A stretch of 63,233 bases of DNA from Candidatus Hydrogenedentota bacterium (GCA_045863335.1 BTVY01000044.1:1-63233); one strand, 5' to 3'. Counted from the first letter of the stretch, positions 1-9,890 are shown. Translations and numbers: made by a program. The notes: generated from the sequence alone by a model not told the origin.

Positions 1-36
1 GAAAACGCCGCATGAAGCGGTACTCACAGAACTGCA

Positions 37-165
37 CCCCTTCAAAGGGGGAATTGTGAGCAACGCAAAGCGTTGCGCTGCGGGGATGCGCATGATCTCG
101 CCCGAAGGTCCGCGAATCAACCGAACCAGTGATCTCAGCGCAACGTAATTCCCCCTTTGAAGGGG
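37..165. repeat. REP-like inverted repeat pair
   Basis: CCCCTTCAAAGGGGGAATT (37-55) and its exact reverse complement AATTCCCCCTTTGAAGGGG (147-165); each arm is itself a small palindrome; intergenic. Confidence 0.75.
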
Positions 166-240
166 GATCAAGGGGGTGTTCCTCATCTCCCTACCGAAAT
201 TGAGACAGGGGCAATCCGCCGATCTCCGGCGACGCGCGCA

Positions 241-2088
241 CTACTCTCCAGCGGCTTTCGGTATACGAAACGTGTCCTCGGAATCTTCGATCAGCTTCGC
301 GGCGGCATCCAACTCGCCTCTGCCGTAGAGAATGTCGATCCGCGACAGCAACCGGCGCAAATCCCACGCGGTCTGCGAGGTCCGTTCCGACGCGCGCGCT
401 TCGGAATCCAGTTGCCTTAAGTCGTCCATTGGCTGATCCGCGATAGCCCGATCCACGATGCCGGACCAGTAGGTGTAGAAATCCGCGTACTGCAATTCGC
501 GCAGGATGTCTTGCGCGTAGCGCTGGAAGTTCCCGGGCTGGGCGTTGGCTGCTTCGACCAGCTTCGGATCGCCGCTGTACTCGCGTCGCGAAGCCATGGC
601 TTCCATGAAACGTCGGTTCGCAGCGTTCGCCTCGGGCACGATCTCGTTCACATACCGGTCGCTTAACGCATCGAAGTCCCACGCGAGATCTTCCGCGCGT
701 TCATCGATTACTTGCGCCACGCGATGCCAGTCGCCGAAGTCGTACTCCCACCGGTCGACATAGCCGTCGCCGTCGGTGTCAAAAGTCCGGATCTCGCCGA
801 GCGCGCCGAGCCCCGCGAAATGCCCCACCTGCATCCAGCCTTCCTGCCCATGCTTGAGATGGATGCGGCGGTCGATGGGACTGTAATAAAGCTCGCGCGC
901 GTTCGCGGGCGTCGTGCTGTATTCGCGGCGCACGTTCCACTTCTGACCCGGCCCGCCGGTGTTCTCCATGAAGCGCCGTTCCCAGGTCCAGAAGACGCCC
1001 TCCCACCGGCGATCCTCGTCGCTGTTCTCGCCGTAGCCGATGTCGATGGTGTCGTCGCTCTCCTCATGCCAACTGAAGCCCGTCTCCTTCGCATCGTAGG
1101 CGTCGCAAATGGCACGAAGATCGGCCCACGGCGTGACGACGGTCGCCTGGGGCGGACGGCGCTTCGCGTTCACGTGTTCCATGCCGGGATACTCGTAGGG
1201 CGCGGCACCGACGAGATTGAAACCGAAGTCGTAGTGCAACGGCGACTCGCCGGAACTGCCCTTGTCGATATCGAACCCGTATCGCACGTTCACGATGCCC
1301 ATATGCCGCAGCGCCGGATTCCACGGCGCGGCGAAATGGCTGTAATCGTTCGCGTAATCCGGGTCCACGTCCGTGTCGTAGCTGATCGGCACCGCGCTGC
1401 ACCGTACCACCGTCTCGCTCTGGCCGTCGCCGTCCGTATCGTAGAACGCGAAGGGGCATTCCGAAATGGGCAACCAGCCGCCGGTCTCCGTGTTGAGCTT
1501 GTTCATGTAGATCATGCTGTCACCGTAAGGGTCGCTTTCGAAGAAGCTCGGCCCGCCGTACTCGTAGCCGCTCAGGCTCCACATGCTGCTGTCGTCGTCG
1601 AGATCCATGCCGAACCAGCTGTAACGTAGCTCGCTGTCGACGAAGTAGCGGATATCCATCTCGTCGGGATCGTTGTCGCCGTCCGCGTCGATGTAGTCGA
1701 CCATGCGATCCACCGTCCCGTCCCGGCCGTAGTCCGCGACGTAACAATCCGAATCGCGATCGCCGCCCTCCGACACGCTGCCGTCCTCGTCGTCATCGAT
1801 GACCCAGACGATGGCGTCTTGCGGTTTGCCGCCGCGATCCTCGAACGTCTCGCGCCGGACCATACCCTTGCCCTCATCGACCTCGAACGATTCGCCCACC
1901 TCCAGCTTGGTTGCCTTTTCCCACCACGGCTTTGCGTCGAGGCGAAGCTCGCCGGTTTCGGTTAACGCCGTCTCCTGCATCCACCAGGGACCCTGCCCGC
2001 CTTGGCCGAGTTTAAGCGCGTCCGTCTGGCCGTACGCGAACGAAGCGACAAGGAAGCTCAAGGTCAGTGCATTCAACATTCGGTTCAT
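241..2088 (-). CDS. Secreted acidic hypothetical protein with multiple DxDxDG (Ca-binding-like) motifs
   Basis: Start reassigned to ATG 2088 (AGGAG upstream, signal peptide MNRMLNALTLSFLVASFAYG); motifs DADGDND, DTDGDG x2, DLDDD; the ORF-track extension to 2409 overlaps the upstream gene. Confidence 0.75.
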   Translation of the reverse strand: MNRMLNALTLSFLVASFAYGQTDALKLGQGGQGPWWMQETALTETGELRLDAKPWWEKATKLEVGESFEVDEGKGMVRRETFEDRGGKPQDAIVWVIDDDEDGSVSEGGDRDSDCYVADYGRDGTVDRMVDYIDADGDNDPDEMDIRYFVDSELRYSWFGMDLDDDSSMWSLSGYEYGGPSFFESDPYGDSMIYMNKLNTETGGWLPISECPFAFYDTDGDGQSETVVRCSAVPISYDTDVDPDYANDYSHFAAPWNPALRHMGIVNVRYGFDIDKGSSGESPLHYDFGFNLVGAAPYEYPGMEHVNAKRRPPQATVVTPWADLRAICDAYDAKETGFSWHEESDDTIDIGYGENSDEDRRWEGVFWTWERRFMENTGGPGQKWNVRREYSTTPANARELYYSPIDRRIHLKHGQEGWMQVGHFAGLGALGEIRTFDTDGDGYVDRWEYDFGDWHRVAQVIDERAEDLAWDFDALSDRYVNEIVPEANAANRRFMEAMASRREYSGDPKLVEAANAQPGNFQRYAQDILRELQYADFYTYWSGIVDRAIADQPMDDLRQLDSEARASERTSQTAWDLRRLLSRIDILYGRGELDAAAKLIEDSEDTFRIPKAAGE

Positions 2089-2098
2089 CCATCGTCTC

Positions 2099-4198
2099 CT
2101 ACAACGCCTTCGCGTCGATCTTGTCGAACTCTTCCAGCGCGGCGCGGTGGTAGCAGTAGATGTGCCCGTCTTCCGCGCCGACGATGAGGTCGAGTTTCTC
2201 GTCGCCGTTCCAATCGTAGGCTTGCGCGGCCGTCGTGTGGCCCGCGAGTTTGCGCCCGGGGAAATCGCCACGCCACACGAAGGCCTCGCCGCCGGTGTTC
2301 TCAAACCAGCCCGTGTTTTGCGTGTTGCGGATGAGGTCCATATCGCCGTCGCCGTCCCAATCGACGAGGTGGATCTTCGCGCGGCCGCTCTTGCCGCCTT
2401 CGTTTTCATTCAGGCGCAGGGGCTGACCATCCTCGCCCTTGAAGATGCGATCGCCGGGCGCGAACTTCGGCCCGCCCAGCGACCGGAACAGCGACAGGTA
2501 TCCTTCGTGGTCCACAAGGATAAGGTCGGTATTGCCGTCCTTGTCCCAGTCCATGGCTTGCGGACGCGTCCGCCATTGCACCACGAGATCGGTCGGCCCG
2601 GGTTTCCACCAGTTCCACGCGGGATACTTCGGCTCCTCCGGCCACATCACCTCGACCCGCTGCGGCGCGGTGATGCCGCCGCGGTCGTCCGCGATTTCAA
2701 AGTATTCGATGCGGCCGATGATGGAGTTGTAAATCACATCCAGATTGCCGTCGCCCGTAATGTCCCCGAGCACCGGCACGGTGTAGCCCCACTTTTCCTC
2801 GGCTGGACCCTGAATGCTGCCGTTGTATCCCGCCGTGATGCGGAAAGGCGTGTTCATGATCGAGAGGTCGCGGCCTTCCCGGTACTCGCCGTTGGTCCAG
2901 CGGAACAGTTCGATGTACCCGGCCGTGTTGCCGCAATAGAGGTCCCGCGTTTCCGGGTGAATCCACGGCGTCACCAGTCCGCCGGACTTAATCGCCGGGT
3001 TCAACTCTTTCAAAAACCGCTCGTCGCTGAAGTGCGGCGCGCCCCGCGACATCCCGCGGTTCAGGCACACGCTCACGCGCCCGTCTTCCGGCCCGATAAC
3101 GAGGTCCGGTAGTCCGTCCATATTCCAGTCGCACTCGATAGCGACGAACATGCAGAGATCGACGTGCAACTTGCCATTCGCTGTCATGACCGGACGCGGC
3201 GCGGCGAGACGCGGCACGGTGCGCGTGCCCACGTTTTCAAAATACGTGAACTCATCGCGGAACTCGCCGCAGATCAAATCCAGATCGCCGTCGGCATCGA
3301 AGTCGGCGATGCAGGGTCCTGGCTGACCATACACGTCAATGGGCGTGTCGTCGGCTTCCAGCCGGACGCCCTCGGCGAACTTCGGTTCTTCCGCGGTGCC
3401 GATATTCTTGAAGAAATGCACGTAGCCGTGCAGGGGTCCGTTCGTCCAGTTTCCGGTTTCGTCGTAGGCCTGGTCCCAACCGTACTCTTCCCAGTCGTTC
3501 GACGCGCCGATGATGTCGAGCAACCCGTCGCCGTCCCAGTCCACCATGCGCGTCTGGAAGTTCCGAAGCTTCTCTTTGGGTTGTTTGACGGGACCTTCCA
3601 TCTTCTTGCTCATGCCGTTGGCGCGAATGTCGTCGTAGTAGTCATTGCCCGCCATCATGTCGAGCTTGCCATCACCATTGACATCGCCCAGCACGCCCAT
3701 CCACACGCCGTCGCCTAGCCGTTCGCCCCGCTCAAAGACACCGCTCCGGTTTTGCAGATACACGTAGGTGCCGCTCTGGGGCACGTCGGGGCAACTCAGC
3801 ACGAGGTCCCAGTCGCCGTCTCCATCCCAATCAACGGGGGAGACGTGGGACCAAAGTCCAAACCCGAGATCCGTCACGACGCTGCTGTGCCCATAGTCGA
3901 GCATGTCCTCCGCACCCACAAACACGGGCGGCGCCTGAGGCGCGTCAGGATTCGGCACGATGCGGTACACATGCGGTTGCGTGGCATCATCGATGCGGTT
4001 CCAATACACGTACCGCTTGTCGCGGTGCTGTTGGACCTTCGCCCGAATCTGTTCGCTGGTCGCTTCATCGAAGACTGTCGCGGTCAATACGTCAGCGCCT
4101 ACTTCGTATCGCGCCGGTGCGCTCTGCCACGCCTGGCTGAAGGCCGGGGCTTCCACGCGGATCTGTCCCATCGTCATCAACAACGCGCATAACAACAT
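2099..4198 (-). CDS. FG-GAP/VCBS repeat beta-propeller protein
   Basis: Many D-W/F-D-G-D-G-x-x-D-L repeats (DWDGDGDWDL, DVNGDGKLDM, DFDADGDLDL, DWNGDEKLDL); start probably ATG 4198. Confidence 0.85.
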   Translation of the reverse strand: MLLCALLMTMGQIRVEAPAFSQAWQSAPARYEVGADVLTATVFDEATSEQIRAKVQQHRDKRYVYWNRIDDATQPHVYRIVPNPDAPQAPPVFVGAEDMLDYGHSSVVTDLGFGLWSHVSPVDWDGDGDWDLVLSCPDVPQSGTYVYLQNRSGVFERGERLGDGVWMGVLGDVNGDGKLDMMAGNDYYDDIRANGMSKKMEGPVKQPKEKLRNFQTRMVDWDGDGLLDIIGASNDWEEYGWDQAYDETGNWTNGPLHGYVHFFKNIGTAEEPKFAEGVRLEADDTPIDVYGQPGPCIADFDADGDLDLICGEFRDEFTYFENVGTRTVPRLAAPRPVMTANGKLHVDLCMFVAIECDWNMDGLPDLVIGPEDGRVSVCLNRGMSRGAPHFSDERFLKELNPAIKSGGLVTPWIHPETRDLYCGNTAGYIELFRWTNGEYREGRDLSIMNTPFRITAGYNGSIQGPAEEKWGYTVPVLGDITGDGNLDVIYNSIIGRIEYFEIADDRGGITAPQRVEVMWPEEPKYPAWNWWKPGPTDLVVQWRTRPQAMDWDKDGNTDLILVDHEGYLSLFRSLGGPKFAPGDRIFKGEDGQPLRLNENEGGKSGRAKIHLVDWDGDGDMDLIRNTQNTGWFENTGGEAFVWRGDFPGRKLAGHTTAAQAYDWNGDEKLDLIVGAEDGHIYCYHRAALEEFDKIDAKAL

Positions 4199-4334
4199 GA
4201 GTCGGCTCCCCTCAATTCTCGCTGCGAAAAGTCCATGGTACCGCATCCGCGGCGCGAGTTAATAGTTGCATCCCGCGCGCAGAATGCCGAAGATGTCGCG
4301 CGTGGAATGCGCACGCAGGAAAGGAAAACTGGGT

Positions 4335-5066
4335 ATGATCAGAAAGTGGATGTTCCCCGTCGTCGCGATCAGTGCGATCCTCGTCACGGGATGTGCGACC
4401 ACCGGCGGAACCGGCGAAAGCCCCAAGGGGTTCATTACAAAGACGATGGATGTAGGTGGCGTCGCCCGTACCTACGTGGTCTACGTTCCCGAGGACTACA
4501 CGCCCGCGAAGGAATGGCCGTTGGTCGTATTTCTTCATGGCATGGGAGAGCGGGGGAGCGACGGCCTCATCCAGTCCGAGGTCGGCATAGGAACGTCGAT
4601 TCGGCGTCACAAAGATTGGTACCCCTGCATCGTCGTCATGCCCCAATGTCCGAAGGACAAGATCTGGACCAGTGCCTTCGACCACATCGATGCGGCGATT
4701 CAGGCCGCCAAGGCCGACTACCGGATCGACGACGCACGCATGCTGCTGACCGGGCTTTCCATGGGAGGCTTCGGCACCTGGGCCTACGGCGCGCTGCACG
4801 CAGACACCTTCGCCGGGCTCATGCCGATCTGCGGCGGCGGACAGGAAGAAGACGCGCCCACTCTCGCCAAGGTACCCATCTGGGTATTTCACGGCCCAGT
4901 CGACAGCGTTGTGTCCGCCGACGAATCGCGCTCCATGGTGGAAGCCGTGAAGGCCGCGGGCGGCGAAGTCCGGTACACGGAGTATTCGGAAGTCGACCAC
5001 AATTCCTGGGATCGCGCCTACGGTGATGCCGATGCCATCGCATGGCTACTCGCGCAGCGCAAGTAA
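4335..5066 (+). CDS. Lipoprotein alpha/beta hydrolase (predicted peptidase/phospholipase-carboxylesterase type)
   Basis: Lipobox VTGC, FLHGMGERG, nucleophile GLSMGG, late D and H residues. Confidence 0.85.
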   Translation: MIRKWMFPVVAISAILVTGCATTGGTGESPKGFITKTMDVGGVARTYVVYVPEDYTPAKEWPLVVFLHGMGERGSDGLIQSEVGIGTSIRRHKDWYPCIVVMPQCPKDKIWTSAFDHIDAAIQAAKADYRIDDARMLLTGLSMGGFGTWAYGALHADTFAGLMPICGGGQEEDAPTLAKVPIWVFHGPVDSVVSADESRSMVEAVKAAGGEVRYTEYSEVDHNSWDRAYGDADAIAWLLAQRK

Positions 5067-5081
5067 GATGATCGCATAAGA

Positions 5082-5116
5082 AAGCCGCGAGGCCGATACA
5101 CTCGGCCTCGCGGCTT
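5082..5116. terminator. Putative bidirectional intrinsic terminator
   Basis: Perfect 15-bp stem AAGCCGCGAGGCCGA-TACAC-TCGGCCTCGCGGCTT between convergent genes. Confidence 0.75.
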
Positions 5117-5140
5117 CAGGTTCTTTCGACTATCTCGCGA

Positions 5141-5572
5141 CTACACGCCTTCGACCGTCATGGTCGTGACGCGCCAGACGCCGTCGGCTTCTTTCGTCAG
5201 CGTGAAACCAAGCGTGGCGCTGCCGAAGGAGGCCATCAATTCGACGGGATAGACACTCGCTGTGTCGCCATCCACCTTTGTCTCGGCCGTTTCCAGCGCG
5301 ACCTTCGCGCTGTCCAGCGTGCCATCGTTGAAGGCGCCGCTCAGGAAACTGACCATCTGATCCTTGTTGCCGTACTCGTAGTGACTGAACTCATCGGAGA
5401 TCGCCATCTCAATCAAATCGACGTTCTTGTCCTCCATGCCGGCTTTCCAGTTGGTCAAGGTGGACGTAATGAGTTCCTCGTCAGACGGCCCCTTGGCGCC
5501 GGTGGCGCACCCGCCAACCAACACCGAAATCGCGAATGCAGCACACACCGTGAGAATTGCAGTTTTGCGCAC
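5141..5572 (-). CDS. Lipoprotein, NTF2/SnoaL-like fold
   Basis: GTG start with AGGA RBS; lipobox VGGC; C-terminal pattern FTLTKEADGVWRV. Confidence 0.7.
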   Translation of the reverse strand: MRKTAILTVCAAFAISVLVGGCATGAKGPSDEELITSTLTNWKAGMEDKNVDLIEMAISDEFSHYEYGNKDQMVSFLSGAFNDGTLDSAKVALETAETKVDGDTASVYPVELMASFGSATLGFTLTKEADGVWRVTTMTVEGV

Positions 5573-5708
5573 GTTCCTATCCTCTCTTCCTTGCACTTGC
5601 CCCAAAGTCATTCCGAATCGTTCCGCATCAAAACGGAATTTGCCTTCATACTATACGTAGAGAGTAGGACCGTTGCAACTGGTTCTTTGCAACAGGGAGT
5701 GGGTGCGC

Positions 5709-6191
5709 TCAGCCAGTGACCAGGAAGTCGGAATACCGGTCCGGCACCCGGTTGGGTTTATACACCAGCACCGTCTTGGCTTCCGATGCTTCGTAGCGGA
5801 TCCCCGTGTCGTCTTCCTCTGTGCGGACGAGGTCCTTGCCGGGTAGACCGATCGTTTCGAGCAGATCTTCGGGGCTGGCGAATCCCCGCGTAAAGCCCGC
5901 AACCTCCCGGCAGAAACCGTCACTGGACATGACGAAGTCCAACCCCGTTATCGGTTCCGGCAAGGTCGCGGTTTCCATGCGGTACATGATGCGTCTGGGC
6001 GCCGCGGTGGCGGGGTCTTCTCCCTCTGCCGGGCCGCCGCACCAGCCCGTCGGAGAGCCGAGTATTTGAACGATCTCGTCCTCAGACTTGCCTAGGTATT
6101 GCACCATGTGATTCTTGGAATGGAACCCACATGAGGAGCACGCAAGTACCAGGCAAACGAGCGCAAACCAACCGAATAATCTCGTAACCAT
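5709..6191 (-). CDS. Hypothetical lipoprotein
   Basis: Hydrophobic N-terminus ending LACSSC; YLGKSEDEIVQILGSP (SmpA/BamE-like start). Confidence 0.6.
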   Translation of the reverse strand: MVTRLFGWFALVCLVLACSSCGFHSKNHMVQYLGKSEDEIVQILGSPTGWCGGPAEGEDPATAAPRRIMYRMETATLPEPITGLDFVMSSDGFCREVAGFTRGFASPEDLLETIGLPGKDLVRTEEDDTGIRYEASEAKTVLVYKPNRVPDRYSDFLVTG

Positions 6192-6586
6192 GGCATCAAC
6201 TCCCGGGCGTTGGGGCGGAAAACCGGGACTTGATCGTGGCGGTTAGGTCGCGGCAAGGAAACAGCGAAATAGCGTGATAATAGCGGTCGAACAAACGAAT
6301 TGTGCGACGTGTGTTACCCCGGCCTCTGTAAACCGACATGACCATACCCGGATTCCTCCGCACGGTCTCTGATTCCTGCGGTTCGATCCGAAAAAGAACA
6401 GAACGCATCGTGGGGCATAGCAACACCCCTCGAAAGTATTATAGCAGAGAAATTCCCGATAATTGCCCTGATTTTGCGGAGGTGGCACCTTATGCGTATG
6501 CATATCAATGGGTTGTGAAAGCTGGTATCCTCGGATTATTCGCATTAAATTCGCGATTCTCTACCTGCATCGAGGAGGATTGTCAG

Positions 6587-7006
6587 ATGATCGTTCGACC
6601 TTTTGAAGATGCCGATGAGGACGCCGTGATTGAACTGTGGTCGCGCTGCGGACTGCTCCGCCCGTGGAACGATCCCCGAAAAGACATCGCGCGCAAGATG
6701 AAAGTACAGCCAGAGTTGTTCCTCGTCGGTACCATCGACGGCAGAGTGGTCGCCACGGTGATGGCGGGGTATGATGGACACCGTGGGTGGGTGTATTACC
6801 TCGGCGTGGATCCGGGGTTCCGCCGGCGGGGGTATGCGCGCGGAATCATGAAAGAGGCGGAGCAGCGGTTGCGCGAATTGGGATGTCCAAAAGTGAACCT
6901 GCAGGTGCGGCGAGACAACCCCGACGCAGCCGCGTATTACGAACGCACTGGTTTCTCCGAAGAGGATCGAATGAGTTTCGGGAAGCGGATTGAACCGGAC
7001 AACTAG
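6587..7006 (+). CDS. GNAT family acetyltransferase (YpeA-like)
   Basis: GAGGAGG RBS; LLRPWNDPRKDI, GYDGHRGWVYYLGVDP, RRRGYA acetyl-CoA motif. Confidence 0.9.
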   Translation: MIVRPFEDADEDAVIELWSRCGLLRPWNDPRKDIARKMKVQPELFLVGTIDGRVVATVMAGYDGHRGWVYYLGVDPGFRRRGYARGIMKEAEQRLRELGCPKVNLQVRRDNPDAAAYYERTGFSEEDRMSFGKRIEPDN

Positions 7007-7026
7007 AGATTTGGAAGGAGAGGCAC

Positions 7027-8142
7027 ATGATACGAAATGGGGGAGTGAGAGCTGCAATTCTGACGACAGCTTTGTTCGCGCCGAGCATCGTTATCGCGGA
7101 CGAAGTGGAAGAGCCGTGGCGCGGGGTTCATGTCATGGCTTGGGGAATCGCGGGTGGTGAAGAGGGACTGCCCGCGCTCAAACGGGCGATCACGGAGGTC
7201 CTGGTTCCGCTCGGCGTGAATACCCTGGTCTATGAAGTCGGCTACAACTTCGAGTTTGAATCGCATCCGGACATGCAGTTCGACAAGATCGCGACGAAGG
7301 CGGCGGCGCGCGACCTGGCGGCCCACTGCCGCGCCAACGGCATCCGGCTCATCCCGCAGTTCAACTGTCTGGGCCATCAATCCTGGGCGAAACAGAATCT
7401 TGTTTTTCCCCTCGTAGCAAATCATCCGGAAATGGAAGAGGTCCCGGATGTGCCCGAATCGGAACGCCCTAAACTGCTGAAAAGCTGGTGCCCACTGCAT
7501 CCGGGCGTGAACGAGATTGTGTTCGACCTGCTCGACGAGATCGTCGAAGCCTTCGAAGCGGACGCGCTGCATGTGGGCATGGACGAAGTGCTCGTGATTG
7601 GAAGTCCGAAGTGTCCTCGCTGCGCGGGGAAGGACCCGGCCGAACTGTTTGCCAAGGCCGTGAACGATCTGCACGGCCACGTGGTCGAGCGGCGAGGCTG
7701 GACCATGCTGATGTGGGGTGACCGGCTCCTTGATGCGTCCGTGGAGAATATGGGCAACGGTTGGGAAGCCAGCGACAAGGGTACGGCCCCGGCCATTGAC
7801 CTTATCCCCACGGACATCGTAATCTGCGACTGGCACTACAGCGTCCAACCCGACTATCCGTCGGTGCGCTTGTTTCAAGAAAAGGGGTTCCGGGTCTGGT
7901 CTGCGAGCTACAAGAGTACCGAGGCGACCTTGGCATTGCTTGAATGTGCCCAACGCGACGCGACGGACCGGATGCTGGGCTATCTGGGCACTTCCTGGGT
8001 GCTGCAACCAGGATATTTTGCAGAGGCCTTGCTCGGTGAGGGTGAAGGCGATACGCAGGCGCGTAACGATCGCGCGATTCCGGCCGCCGCGGCGCTCAAG
8101 GCCGGAATGGAGCGTATGAATCAGTCCGCTATCGCGCGGTAA
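7027..8142 (+). CDS. Secreted GH20-like glycoside hydrolase (TIM barrel)
   Basis: Signal peptide; LIPQFNCLGH, catalytic-type HVGMDE, MWGD, DWHY. Confidence 0.8.
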   Translation: MIRNGGVRAAILTTALFAPSIVIADEVEEPWRGVHVMAWGIAGGEEGLPALKRAITEVLVPLGVNTLVYEVGYNFEFESHPDMQFDKIATKAAARDLAAHCRANGIRLIPQFNCLGHQSWAKQNLVFPLVANHPEMEEVPDVPESERPKLLKSWCPLHPGVNEIVFDLLDEIVEAFEADALHVGMDEVLVIGSPKCPRCAGKDPAELFAKAVNDLHGHVVERRGWTMLMWGDRLLDASVENMGNGWEASDKGTAPAIDLIPTDIVICDWHYSVQPDYPSVRLFQEKGFRVWSASYKSTEATLALLECAQRDATDRMLGYLGTSWVLQPGYFAEALLGEGEGDTQARNDRAIPAAAALKAGMERMNQSAIAR

Positions 8143-8196
8143 CCAAATCGACGCAGGAAAAACTCAATTCAAGGCTGCACGGTGGAAGGAAGATCA

Positions 8197-8931
8197 ATGG
8201 CAAACATCAATGAAATCGCGCCGGATGTGTTCCGCATCAGTGTCTACGTCAAAGACTTCGACTTGCAGTTCAACCACTTCCTTGTGCGCGACGAGGAACC
8301 GCTCCTGTATCACGCCGGCATGCGGCGCATGTTTCCCGATTTGCACGAGGCCGTCGCACAGCTCATCGATCCGAAGACGCTGCGTTGGATCAGTTGGAGC
8401 CATTTTGAAGTCGACGAGTGCGGCGCCTTGAACCATTGGCTCGAAGCCGCGCCGAATGCCGTGCCCGCGTGCAGCGTGGTCGGCGCCATGGTGAACCTCA
8501 GCGATTTCTCCGACCGGCCGCCCCAGGGCTTGGCGAAGGGGGATGTGTTGGAGACCGGCAAGTACCGGTTCCGCTTTCAGCCCACGCCGCACCTGCCCCA
8601 CGGCTGGGACGCGGGCGCGCTGTTTGAAGAGTCGCAGGGCGTCCTCTTCTGCTCGGACCTCTTTCATCAGACCGGCGAGCGCGAGGCGGTCACGAATTCG
8701 GACGACGTGCTCGGCCGCACGCGCGACGCCATGATGCACTACCAGGCCGGGCCCCTGATGGAATACCTGCCCTACACGCGCCACACCCGGCGCTTGCTCG
8801 GCGAACTCGCCGCCCTCGAACCGAAGACGTTGGCCATCATGCACGGCTCCAGCTATACCGGCGACGGCGGAAAGCTCCTTCGGGAACTCGACCCCATCCT
8901 CAGCGAGGTCTACGGCACCGAGGGAGTGTAG
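8197..8931 (+). CDS. MBL-fold metallo-hydrolase (FprA/ODP N-terminal-like, no flavodoxin domain)
   Basis: SHFEVDECG, TPHLPHGWD, CSDLF, IMHG motifs. Confidence 0.85.
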   Translation: MANINEIAPDVFRISVYVKDFDLQFNHFLVRDEEPLLYHAGMRRMFPDLHEAVAQLIDPKTLRWISWSHFEVDECGALNHWLEAAPNAVPACSVVGAMVNLSDFSDRPPQGLAKGDVLETGKYRFRFQPTPHLPHGWDAGALFEESQGVLFCSDLFHQTGEREAVTNSDDVLGRTRDAMMHYQAGPLMEYLPYTRHTRRLLGELAALEPKTLAIMHGSSYTGDGGKLLRELDPILSEVYGTEGV

Positions 8932-8941
8932 GGGACGAACA

Positions 8942-8993
8942 AAATTCGAAATCCGAAGCACGAAATCCGAAACAAATTCTAATGTTCAAAATG
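8942..8993 (+). repeat. Degenerate heptamer (AAATCCG-like) tandem repeat
   Basis: AAATTCG AAATCCG AAGCACG AAATCCG AAAC AAATTCT AATGTTC; related copy at 63050-63092. Confidence 0.7.
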
Positions 8994-9097
8994 GCGGATG
9001 CACAAAACGGCGCACCCATTTGAATTCCTTTCACCTCTCGGCGCCACGTGTTGCCCGTCCAGGTGGCTTGGGCGTCCTCGCCCAAGGTGAAATCGCC

Positions 9098-9129
9098 TTG
9101 ACAGTCTCGGGGTAAGATGGTATCTTACC
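9098..9129 (+). promoter_or_regulatory. Sigma70-type promoter with overlapping palindromic operator for vapBC
   Basis: TTGACA(9098)-17 nt-TATCTT(9121); inverted repeat GGTAAGAT-ggt-ATCTTACC (9111-9129). Confidence 0.75.
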
Positions 9130-9132
9130 TCT

Positions 9133-9384
9133 ATGAAGACTACCATCTCCAGCAAAGGGCAAATTGTGATGCCCGTCGAGTTCCGTCGTGAAGACCAAAT
9201 TGAGACCGGACAGGAATTCGAGATAGAACGTATCAAGCGGGGCGAGTATGTCCTACGACGGAAGACGCCCCCTCGAAACGAAGGACTTATGGACCTCCTG
9301 TTGGCTTGTCCGGTGAAGGACTGGTTCGTGTCCGCGGACCGAAGTGAAACGACGGATGACATCCGATCATTAGATATCGAATGA
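9133..9384 (+). CDS. vapB: AbrB/MazE/SpoVT-family antitoxin (VapB-like)
   Basis: MKTTISSKGQIVMP..R swapped-hairpin signature; ATGA overlap with the PIN gene. Confidence 0.85.
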   Translation: MKTTISSKGQIVMPVEFRREDQIETGQEFEIERIKRGEYVLRRKTPPRNEGLMDLLLACPVKDWFVSADRSETTDDIRSLDIE

Positions 9385-9788
9385 CCTATCTCGTTGACGC
9401 GAACGTGCTCAGTGAACCGACCCGGATTGATCCGAATCCACAAATCGTCGAATGGCTGTCCGCCAATGAGCGGAATTTCGCGGTAGATCCCATCATTTTG
9501 GGCGAGATTCGAATCGGAATACTTTTGCTCCCTCATGGTCGCAAGCGGACGAATTTGACGGAGTGGTTTGACGAGTTGCTGCGCACGATTGAGTGCATTC
9601 CATGGGATCACGCTGTTAGTGCCCGCTGGTCGGAACTGGTCGCCTCGCTCCGCCGCAAAGGGCAAACGCTACCCCTTTTGGACAGCATGATCGCTGCGAC
9701 GGCGTTGTCTCACGACCTTATAGTGGCAACGCGTAACGAAAGTGACTTTCGCCGGGCGGGTGTCAAGGTTCTCAATCCATTTCTGTAG
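9381..9788 (+). CDS. vapC: PIN-domain toxin (VapC)
   Basis: YLVDANVLSE, GEI, DSMIAATA, ATRNESDF, NPF. Confidence 0.9.
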   Translation: MTYLVDANVLSEPTRIDPNPQIVEWLSANERNFAVDPIILGEIRIGILLLPHGRKRTNLTEWFDELLRTIECIPWDHAVSARWSELVASLRRKGQTLPLLDSMIAATALSHDLIVATRNESDFRRAGVKVLNPFL

Positions 9789-9813
9789 CACTTACTGGCG
9801 GAATCCTTACTTT

Positions 9814-9890
9814 TATCCGCGCAAATCTGCGCCATCTGCGGACGATCCCCGTCTTCAATCGGTGAAATCGGTGCAATCGGTGGACGATCC
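9814..9890 (+). repeat. Two triplets of 9-nt repeats (AATCTGCG/AATCGGTG type)
   Basis: ATCCGCGCA AATCTGCGC CATCTGCGG ACGATCC ... AATCGGTGA AATCGGTGC AATCGGTGG ACGATCC. Confidence 0.7.

Noticed and set aside
2089-2409. ORF-track N-terminal extensions (also 11187-11573, 24389-24514, 34875-35054, 62815-63195)
   Set aside because: They overlap neighbouring genes or repeats; downstream starts have better RBS and signal-peptide context.
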